A DNA stretch of 5,993 bases from a virus, in the IMG/VR virus record IMGVR_UViG_3300034110_000955, positions 1 to 5,993 of that record; one strand, given 5' to 3'. Position 1 is the first letter of the stretch; each line of letters begins with the position of its first letter. The translations under genes were made by a program, and so were the position numbers. The notes under the pieces were generated by a model. The model ran no database searches, was not told the DNA's origin, and saw only the letters and a list, made by a program, of their open reading frames with translations. This document shows, piece after piece, positions 1-4,797 of the stretch.

Positions 1-127
1 CCAATATTCAATGAACCATTGAATCGAACAGCGTTATTAATCCAAGAAAGCCCAGCCGATCCCGTTTTAACAGTAGCACCCACCACAGCAGCAGGCGGCG
101 TAACCTGAGCATAGCCCGCATGACTGC
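1..127. repeat. Left copy of the 127-nt exact terminal direct repeat (circularisation overlap)
   Basis: Base-by-base identity with 5867-5993. The repeat lies inside the pIII-like coding sequence and preserves its reading frame across the junction. Confidence 0.95.
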
Positions 128-179
128 CAAAAGCAGCGAACAGGAGCGATGCACCAATCAAGAGTTTGAAATTAGCCAT
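1..179 (-). CDS. 5' (N-terminal) part of the pIII-like adsorption/minor coat protein gene; true ATG at 179; continues around the circle into 4798-5866
   Basis: The minus strand from 179 reads ATG GCT AAT TTC AAA..., giving MANFKLLIGASLLFAAFGSHAGYAQVTPPAAVVGATVKTG. This is a Sec-type signal peptide (Lys, hydrophobic core, SHA/GYA cleavage region). It runs in frame into the repeat, which is the same sequence that starts the 4798-5952 track ORF. A GGGGA Shine-Dalgarno lies 4 nt upstream of the ATG. Confidence 0.8.
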   Translation of the reverse strand, partial: MANFKLLIGASLLFAAFGSHAGYAQVTPPAAVVGATVKTGSAGLSWINNAVRFNGSLNI

Positions 180-222
180 GCCATCCCCAATAGGCAGACC
201 ATGACGGAAATAAAACCCGGTG

Positions 223-543
223 TCATTCGTGCAGCCCCTTCCGTAAAAATAGGACGGCAGCAGTTGCAATCCATGCGGCAGCAATGCCCCAGCCTATCAT
301 TAGTCCATCTGCTGTATCAAATAATTGACATTCAACAGGATTCACTGAAACAGTTTTAGATATAAATGCAGATGAGTTTAAATCCTGCAATTTATAGCTA
401 ATACTATTCGAAGTGACGGATTCAACGTCCATTGAATAGGATGCCGTACCAATAACAACGACGCGCCCAACATGATCAGATGCAATTGCCCGAGTGGCGG
501 ACAATTGATCCGAGTAGCAGTTGGCGTTGTATTGGTACGACAT
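223..543 (-). CDS. 106-aa membrane-anchored virion protein candidate; its C-terminal TM segment and basic tail are paralogous to the major coat protein
   Basis: ATG at 543 and TGA at 225-223. The ORF sits between the major coat and pIII genes. Its C-terminus TADGLMIGWGIAAAWIATAAVLFLRKGL aligns without gaps to the coat segment KADGLVVAGAVLVAVIAIAAVKFIRKGL (16 of 28 identical). There is no clear SD, and the start lies 17 nt after the coat stop, which suggests coupling. Confidence 0.65.
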   Translation of the reverse strand: MSYQYNANCYSDQLSATRAIASDHVGRVVVIGTASYSMDVESVTSNSISYKLQDLNSSAFISKTVSVNPVECQLFDTADGLMIGWGIAAAWIATAAVLFLRKGLHE

Positions 544-560
544 TTTGCGCGGCCTGTGGT

Positions 561-776
561 TTACAGGCCCTTGCGGATGAATTTCACCGCAGCGATAGCG
601 ATGACGGCGACGAGGACGGCACCGGCCACCACCAGGCCGTCAGCCTTCATGTCGCTGAGGGCAGTGGTAACTTCGGCAGGGACGGCAGCAGAGGCCGAGC
701 CAGCGGCAGTGATGACAGCCGACGCGACAGCGACAGCACGGGCGCGCACGGTGCGCAAGACAGAGTTGTTGAACAT
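561..776 (-). CDS. Major coat protein precursor (pVIII-like), 71 aa; predicted 30-aa signal peptide and 41-aa mature protein
   Basis: ATG at 776 is preceded by GGGAG with a 7-nt spacer. The sequence is MFNNSVLRTVRARAVAVASAVITAAGSASA / AVPAEVTTALSDMKADGLVVAGAVLVAVIAIAAVKFIRKGL. It has an Arg-rich n-region, an Ala/Val h-region and an A-S-A cleavage motif. The mature part has an acidic N-terminus, a hydrophobic core and a basic C-terminus, the classic inovirus coat layout. The 84-aa form in the ORF track starts at a TTG (815) with no SD. Confidence 0.85.
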   Translation of the reverse strand: MFNNSVLRTVRARAVAVASAVITAAGSASAAVPAEVTTALSDMKADGLVVAGAVLVAVIAIAAVKFIRKGL

Positions 777-817
777 TTTGAGACTCCCAGGGTTATGGTG
801 ACGGATCGCACCCAATA

Positions 818-833
818 GACCGCCAAGGCGGCC
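818..833 (-). other. GC-rich stem-loop between the ssb and coat genes (GACCGCC-AA-GGCGGCC on the plus strand)
   Basis: In the minus-sense RNA this reads GGCCGCC-UU-GGCGGUC. That gives 6-7 pairs including one G-U and effectively a CUUG tetraloop. No U-tract follows. Confidence 0.35.
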
Positions 834-845
834 TATCAGTTGAAA

Positions 846-1127
846 TCAGGAAACCAAGACGGGCAGTTGATTGGGATCAGACATGAAAAGGCCACCGTCG
901 CGCTTATCACCGAACCACATACGCATATCGGCAACCGAAACTTGTTGGAAAAGGAATTTTTCCCAAGCAGCAATGTTTGCAGGGTTAGCCTTGAGCTTGC
1001 GCAAATGACCTTTGCCGCCTTCCTGGGAAACGAGTTCAATACAGCAATAGTGCTTGACTTCGCCTGTTTCCTTGTTGGTTTGCTTTTCGGGATAGACGCT
1101 GGTGATAAGGCCAATGAGGGTAATCAT
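846..1127 (-). CDS. Small ssDNA-binding protein candidate (gene V-like), 93 aa
   Basis: ATG at 1127. An AAGGA SD lies 6 nt upstream and overlaps the rep stop codon (GCT TAA GGA ATT ATT ATG). The size and the position directly downstream of rep match gene V/rstB-type proteins. The call rests on position and size only; I recognised no motif. Confidence 0.55.
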   Translation of the reverse strand: MITLIGLITSVYPEKQTNKETGEVKHYCCIELVSQEGGKGHLRKLKANPANIAAWEKFLFQQVSVADMRMWFGDKRDGGLFMSDPNQLPVLVS

Positions 1128-1136
1128 AATAATTCC

Positions 1137-2360
1137 TTAAGCTACGAGACGGACAAAAGAGGCGTTAGGAAGCTCGTAAAAGTCAGGCATTTGAACGGGG
1201 CCGAGCTTAATTACCCGCGTTTTGGGTTGAAATTGAACGACGTTGTTCCTGACGGCAATATCAACACCGTACGGAAGCAATACCGCACGATATTTGTAAA
1301 ACTGTGCTTTGCTGTACTTACTGGCAATATCATCACCAGCTTGCCACATTCGATAAACGGCAAGGGCCGACTTGTGCAGGCTGGAGAGTTCGTCCACGTC
1401 AAGCGTGGATCGCGTGAAAACCTCTTGACGATTTTCAAAATCTTTAACGAGTTGAGACATTTTAATAGCCCCCAAATATTGCAATTGATTATCAATGAGC
1501 CAGGTTGATTTATAAGTGGTTTCAAAGCGGACAAGGCCAACAGAATTACACCACGACGCGAGTTTTGCAGAATAGATAGGATCGGAAGATTTGGCAATGT
1601 GCCTGAGAATTTCCGGGCCTTTGAGATAGGCCTTGGAATAGACGCGCCGGGAACCGCGACCGAAATCGACGGTATCGCCCTCGCCATGGGTCCCGGTCTT
1701 GAGCCTAGACGCCTGCTGAGTCGCCAAGAAGCGCATGAAATGATGGGCATCCTCTTGACTGCCCGCAGAAAAATTCTGAGTCAGGTCCAGGCGCGTAACG
1801 CGCGCGCCGGTCCAATGAGGCTTGTCATCCTGACCACCAGCGACGGAGACGCGCAGGCGCTCACCAGTGGTAAAGGCGGGAAGGCCCATAGATCGCACGA
1901 TGGCATTAATCCGGTCCACGCACTGAGCGAACGTGAAGCCAAACACATTGTCGGGCCGACCGAAGCGGGAGACGTTGCCATCGAACCAGACCGTTTCGCC
2001 GTCGCACCTGACCTGGCAGCTGGTGGAGTGCGAGCCCTCGACCTGAGATTTTTTGAGCGTGGTGCAGACGTGCGAGCCGTCGGCGTCGTACCGAACGAAA
2101 GCGCCATCGTTCACGAGGGGCAAGCCCTGGCCGTGCGTCTGGTAGATGCTCACCCAGTCGCAGAACGACGGGCCGTGATCCCAAAGCGCGCCAGCCGAGA
2201 GAGGTTGCGCGACAGGTGCCACAGGACCGGGCTTGTCCTTGTCCTGCCGGTTTCTGGACTCGCAGAAAGACAGGAAGAACGCGATTTTCGGGACCAGCGA
2301 AACCGGGCTAGAAGTGTCTGGAGTCTCATCCATGAGACTAAAGTGACGTGTTACTGGCAC
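1137..2360 (-). CDS. Rolling-circle replication initiation protein, filamentous-phage gene II / RstA (Phage_CRI-like) family; alternative start ATG at 2333
   Basis: Family-typical N-terminal motifs are present: CDWVSIY...DADGS...VEGSHSTSCQVRCDGETVWFDGNVSRFGRPDNVFGF. This matches the pattern DWL...dG...GS.s..v...g....GNPsKf.qGhNvFG. GTG at 2360 has an AGGAGA SD 6 nt upstream. ATG at 2333 has no SD. TAA stop at 1139-1137. Confidence 0.85.
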   Translation of the reverse strand: MPVTRHFSLMDETPDTSSPVSLVPKIAFFLSFCESRNRQDKDKPGPVAPVAQPLSAGALWDHGPSFCDWVSIYQTHGQGLPLVNDGAFVRYDADGSHVCTTLKKSQVEGSHSTSCQVRCDGETVWFDGNVSRFGRPDNVFGFTFAQCVDRINAIVRSMGLPAFTTGERLRVSVAGGQDDKPHWTGARVTRLDLTQNFSAGSQEDAHHFMRFLATQQASRLKTGTHGEGDTVDFGRGSRRVYSKAYLKGPEILRHIAKSSDPIYSAKLASWCNSVGLVRFETTYKSTWLIDNQLQYLGAIKMSQLVKDFENRQEVFTRSTLDVDELSSLHKSALAVYRMWQAGDDIASKYSKAQFYKYRAVLLPYGVDIAVRNNVVQFQPKTRVIKLGPVQMPDFYELPNASFVRLVA

Positions 2361-2366
2361 GTCACT
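2342..2366 (-). promoter_or_regulatory. Perfect 9-bp inverted repeat with a 7-nt loop (AGTGACGTG ttactgg CACGTCACT) at the ORF-B stop / rep start junction
   Basis: Read directly from the sequence. In the mRNA the 5' arm contains the GUG start candidate, the loop contains the ORF-B UAA, and the AUG at 2333 lies 8 nt 3' of the stem. Confidence 0.6.
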
Positions 2367-2704
2367 TCTCCTGCCAGCGATCCAGCCGCCCCCGCCGTGC
2401 ACCCGCTGCGCGTGCGCTCGGCAGTGTCGCCTGGCTCACCAGCACAAACGCAGCGGCCATCGAGCCCCGAGCACTGGCGAACATTGCGAACAGGCACCAC
2501 GACGCGCTCGAACGGGTGTGAAGCATCCAGGTCATCCAGCAACCACAGGGGCACACCATCCTGAGCATGCCAGGCATAGCGGATCTTGCAGCAGTGTAGG
2601 GCACCGCGGCTGCGCGCTTGAACATACTGCTCAAGCACCACGCCGGCGGCAGCTGCCAGGCGAGCGCGCGAGGCATGAAGGTCATGAGAGTACGAATCAG
2701 CCAT
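2351..2704 (-). CDS. Hypothetical protein ORF-B, 117 aa, GC-rich, immediately upstream of and overlapping the rep start
   Basis: ATG at 2704 and TAA at 2353-2351. The codon pattern (CTG, GCC, CGC, GAT, GAC) looks like real coding, unlike the overlapping 2362-2685 frame. It starts 9 nt after the ORF-A stop and has no SD. I recognised no family. Confidence 0.5.
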   Translation of the reverse strand: MADSYSHDLHASRARLAAAAGVVLEQYVQARSRGALHCCKIRYAWHAQDGVPLWLLDDLDASHPFERVVVPVRNVRQCSGLDGRCVCAGEPGDTAERTRSGCTAGAAGSLAGEVTCQ

Positions 2705-2713
2705 GATCGAGAC

Positions 2714-3064
2714 TTAGGCGGTAGCGGTGGAATGGGCCTCGACGATCACTCGCGCCATGAAGGCGACCATGACAGCAGAACCACGACCTTCGCCCAAGGA
2801 CTGGAGCCGTAAAAGCCACTGGCGACGGCTGCGGCAGGTCTGCAACTCGTGGAAGCTCAGCTTGTCGGCGTTGATGACGTAAAGCAGATGACGGGCACGG
2901 GTGCGGATGTACTGATACAACCGCTTGTCAGCATCCAGGCCGGAGTAACGCGCGAACAGATCGCGGGTGTAGGCGATGATGGCCGGGTCCTTGTCCTGGT
3001 CATGCTCAAAAGTCATGAATCGGCCAGATGACGCGTTTTGATCTTGACAAGTAGTGTTCTGCAT
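2714..3064 (-). CDS. Hypothetical protein ORF-A, 116 aa, first gene of the leftward early operon
   Basis: ATG at 3064 (MQNTTCQDQ...) is preceded by GGAG with a 5-nt spacer. The upstream ATG at 3088 has no SD. TAA at 2716-2714. I recognised no family. Confidence 0.55.
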   Translation of the reverse strand: MQNTTCQDQNASSGRFMTFEHDQDKDPAIIAYTRDLFARYSGLDADKRLYQYIRTRARHLLYVINADKLSFHELQTCRSRRQWLLRLQSLGEGRGSAVMVAFMARVIVEAHSTATA

Positions 3065-3098
3065 GCTAACTCCAGTAGTACAGTCCATTTGTACAAAA

Positions 3099-3111
3099 AT
3101 CGTTTAACGAT
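3099..3111. promoter_or_regulatory. Palindrome ATCGTT-T-AACGAT, followed by a related TTCGTAACGG; operator or leader hairpin candidate
   Basis: Perfect 6-bp arms around a single central base, read directly. A TAACGAT 7-mer recurs at 3475-3481. Confidence 0.35.
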
Positions 3112-3141
3112 TTCGTAACGGTCAAGTGGAATCTAGCAGCT

Positions 3142-3160
3142 TTTTACAAGATATGTAAAA
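3142..3160. promoter_or_regulatory. Operator candidate: inverted repeat TTTTACA-agata-TGTAAAA
   Basis: Perfect 7-bp arms with a 5-nt spacer. It overlaps the candidate leftward -35 and sits 12 nt upstream of the repressor ATG. A related half-site TGTACAAAA lies at 3090-3098. Confidence 0.45.
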
Positions 3161-3171
3161 GGAAAAAAACT

Positions 3172-3423
3172 ATGAACTTACTGAACTTGATAGAAGAAGC
3201 CAGCAGAGCAAAAGGGAGCGCCCTAGAACTGGCCCGATGCATGAAAAAAGCACCTGCACGGATCAGCGAATGGAAAAAGGGAAGAGCAAAGCCAGACGCG
3301 GGAGAGGTTGCTTACATGGCCAACGCTGCGGGACTGCCTGTCCTGATCACGGTCGCCATGATCGAAGCGGAGCTACACCCCGAGAAGCGCGAGCTATGGG
3401 AAGCAGCTCTAGGGGGAAATTGA
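3172..3423 (+). CDS. Cro/CI-type helix-turn-helix transcriptional regulator, 83 aa; analogous in position to rstR-like inovirus repressors
   Basis: ATG at 3172 has AAGGA 8 nt upstream. The HTH signature is GSALELARCMKKAPARISEWKKGRAKPD, with the typical ISxWKxGxxxP pattern. It is the only plus-strand gene, divergent from the rep operon and convergent with zot. Confidence 0.75.
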   Translation: MNLLNLIEEASRAKGSALELARCMKKAPARISEWKKGRAKPDAGEVAYMANAAGLPVLITVAMIEAELHPEKRELWEAALGGN

Positions 3424-3486
3424 AGCCCAACTGGTGAGGATGACGATACACGCCGGAACCGGCCAGTGGCAACAGTAACGATTGCC

Positions 3487-3504
3487 CCCACGCTGTCGCG
3501 CGGG
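3487..3504. terminator. Imperfect GC-rich hairpin (CCCACGC tgtc GCGCGGG) in the convergent intergenic gap; weak bidirectional terminator or ssDNA structural element
   Basis: Seven-bp stem with one A/C mismatch and a 4-nt loop. No proper U-tract is present on either strand. A second inverted repeat, GCCGG-aa-CCGGC, lies at 3452-3463. Confidence 0.25.
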
Positions 3505-3522
3505 TCCCGTGTTTAGCAAAGA

Positions 3523-4524
3523 TCAGGATTGCCGGCTTGGCGGCAAATTTTCAGCGACAGGGACAGACTGGGGAGACTCGGCAGGCTGCTGGATAGGCTG
3601 GGCCTGCTCGATGCGGTAATGGTCAAAGGGGCGCGAGTGTATCCAGGTGCGGCACTCGTCATTAGACAAGCCCGGATCGGTGCCCTGTTGCGTGATGCAC
3701 TTGCAGCGCTCGCCCTGGCAGTAGCCGCCAACGACAACCGGCATAACGCTGATTTTTCTCAGATGGTCATACGCAGGCGCTGATTCAGGCTTGTGAGATA
3801 CCCGAGGTATAAAATCTATACGATCATCAATAGATAATTTATTGACGTATGACGTAATAGAGTTACCCCCTAAATTCATTACGGCCTGAGCCTGAACTTT
3901 ACTCTCAGAAATTGCGGTTTGGGGCTTTTGAATGATGCGATACACCATAAAAGCCAAAATAGTAAAAATGAGAAGCGCAGCAATTCCAATGAATAGAGCA
4001 CGAGGAATACCACGGACAGGAACGGTATGCAATGACGCTGATTTATAAAGCTCAAATGCTTTTTTTGGTAATGAAACCCGCTTTTTATTAATACAGGTTT
4101 TCCATGACATTGATTCATTGCATTCGGGCCATTCATACCAATAACGCCCGAGTATTCCAGTATCCCTGATATGGATATGACGACCAATCAATGCTCGGAC
4201 ATTGGAATCAACCAGCCTTGGCGATTGAGTGGTAAGAAAAATATCAATACCACGATGACGATGGGTTTCGAGCTCTGAAACCGATTCAGGAACCTTGGCA
4301 CCAGGACCGCGAGGACGCCAAACGCGCTGAGCTTCATCGATAACCAGGATAGCGCCATCGGGCAATTGATTATGCCAATCAGACGAATCAACGGGAAAAT
4401 GAGGAATCAATAGCCCATCGAGGCCGTCCGAATAGATCGGGCGACCATCTGAAATTTTGGAAAGATAGTCAACCAAGAAAGCCGTTTTGCCAGCACCAGG
4501 GGAGCCGGTGAACAGCGTGATCAT
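3523..4524 (-). CDS. zot: Zonula occludens toxin-like / pI-type phage assembly ATPase, 333 aa
   Basis: Walker A is GSPGAGKT (aa 7-14) and Walker B is AILVIDEAQ. A single TM helix IPRALFIGIAALLIFTILAFMVYRII follows, then a periplasmic C-terminal domain with a Cys cluster (YCQGERCKC...ECRTW). The ATG at 4524 overlaps the upstream stop as ATGA, and a GAGGTG SD lies 5 nt upstream. Confidence 0.9.
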   Translation of the reverse strand: MITLFTGSPGAGKTAFLVDYLSKISDGRPIYSDGLDGLLIPHFPVDSSDWHNQLPDGAILVIDEAQRVWRPRGPGAKVPESVSELETHRHRGIDIFLTTQSPRLVDSNVRALIGRHIHIRDTGILGRYWYEWPECNESMSWKTCINKKRVSLPKKAFELYKSASLHTVPVRGIPRALFIGIAALLIFTILAFMVYRIIQKPQTAISESKVQAQAVMNLGGNSITSYVNKLSIDDRIDFIPRVSHKPESAPAYDHLRKISVMPVVVGGYCQGERCKCITQQGTDPGLSNDECRTWIHSRPFDHYRIEQAQPIQQPAESPQSVPVAENLPPSRQS

Positions 4525-4796
4525 TTCAGCACCTCAAACCGCTTAACGGCCAAGAGCGCGAGCCGAGCCATGAGAGCGCCGCACACAATGGACAGCGCCG
4601 AGGATGCGCCAGACATCTGGATGAGCGCCAAAGCATCACCAGTCAGGCCACCCCAAGCCGATTTAGCCGAGGATAAAGCCGCCGTGAGGGCCGTAGAAAG
4701 CGCCGCATAGCTAACGATGCCCACCCCTAGGGCGGCAAGGATTTTCGCAGCAGCAGGGCCAGCAAGGCTGACGAGCCACGTACCAAGAGCACCCAT
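4521..4796 (-). CDS. pVI-like small hydrophobic minor coat/assembly protein (DUF2523-like), 91 aa
   Basis: ATG at 4796 lies 1 nt after the pIII TGA (GGGGAGAATGACATG, with the SD inside the end of pIII). The protein is Ala/Gly/Leu-rich with multiple membrane-like segments. Its position directly upstream of zot is typical of this family. The track TTG start at 4820 is less likely. Confidence 0.65.
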   Translation of the reverse strand: MGALGTWLVSLAGPAAAKILAALGVGIVSYAALSTALTAALSSAKSAWGGLTGDALALIQMSGASSALSIVCGALMARLALLAVKRFEVLK

Positions 4797-4797
4797 G

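Larger units (their letters stand above)
3065..3171. promoter_or_regulatory. Divergent control region between the early operon (leftward) and the repressor gene (rightward)
   Basis: This is an AT-rich 107-nt gap containing several palindromes. A candidate leftward promoter reads -35 TTTACA (3159-3154), an 18-nt spacer, then -10 TAGATT (3135-3130). I could not find a convincing rightward sigma70 promoter by eye. Confidence 0.5.

Noticed and set aside
1-127. Terminal repeat interpreted as a biological DTR, LTR or insertion-sequence end
   Set aside because: The repeat is direct and exact, lies inside a coding sequence and keeps the frame. Filamentous phages have circular ssDNA genomes without terminal redundancy. 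The simplest explanation is circular-contig overlap.
120-359. 79-aa plus-strand ORF across the pIII start and the end of the coat paralog
   Set aside because: It spans an intergenic gap and two minus-strand genes in antisense. It has no SD and no recognisable features.
777-815. N-terminally extended starts offered by the ORF track: TTG 815 for coat, TTG 4820 for pVI-like, GTG 2402 for rep and ATG 3088 for ORF-A
   Set aside because: Each extension lacks an SD, and a downstream start has a well-spaced SD. The extensions would also place non-signal residues in front of the coat signal peptide, or overlap the preceding gene extensively.
472-818. Two plus-strand ORFs (109 and 112 aa) opposite the major coat gene and the coat paralog
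   Set aside because: These are antisense frames of an Ala/Val-rich GC-rich gene. Their products are Arg/Thr/Ala-rich junk-like sequences, and the coat gene on the other strand has a textbook layout.
836-1114. 92-aa alternative frame overlapping the ssb candidate
   Set aside because: It has no SD, and the sequence does not look protein-like. The 846-1127 frame starts with an ATG 6 nt after AAGGA, directly after the rep stop.
1121-1140. TCATAATAATTCC resembling the CATAA core of a dif/XerCD site; 3134-3161 was also examined as a 28-mer
   Set aside because: Neither has matching XerC and XerD arms. The first lacks a TTATG partner. The second matches only about 8 of 11 bases in one arm and poorly in the other. 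The first is better explained as the rep stop plus ssb SD, and the second as an operator palindrome.
840-1508. 222-aa plus-strand ORF antisense to ssb and the 3' end of rep
   Set aside because: It overlaps two well-supported minus-strand genes with SDs and coupled junctions. It has no SD, and the composition does not look protein-like.
1599-2564. 321-aa plus-strand ORF, the longest open frame opposite rep and ORF-B
   Set aside because: It is antisense to a gene with clear family motifs and lies in GC-rich DNA, where stop codons are rare. The product is Arg/Ala/Pro/Ser-rich and low in complexity, and I see no SD. It is very likely a chance ORF.
2362-2685. 107-aa minus-strand ORF in an alternative frame to ORF-B
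   Set aside because: The Trp/Cys/Met/Arg-rich composition is typical of an off-frame reading of GC-rich coding DNA. ORF-B has the more plausible codon pattern and junction geometry.
3237-3783. Small ORFs 3237-3437 (+), 3513-3737 (-) and 3529-3783 (+)
   Set aside because: These are alternative or antisense frames of the repressor gene and the GC-rich 3' end of zot. None has start signals or motifs.
3879-4391. Minus-strand ORFs 3879-4187 and 4188-4391 inside zot
   Set aside because: These are off-frame readings within a gene that has clear Walker A/B motifs. Their hydrophobic appearance comes from AT-rich codons.
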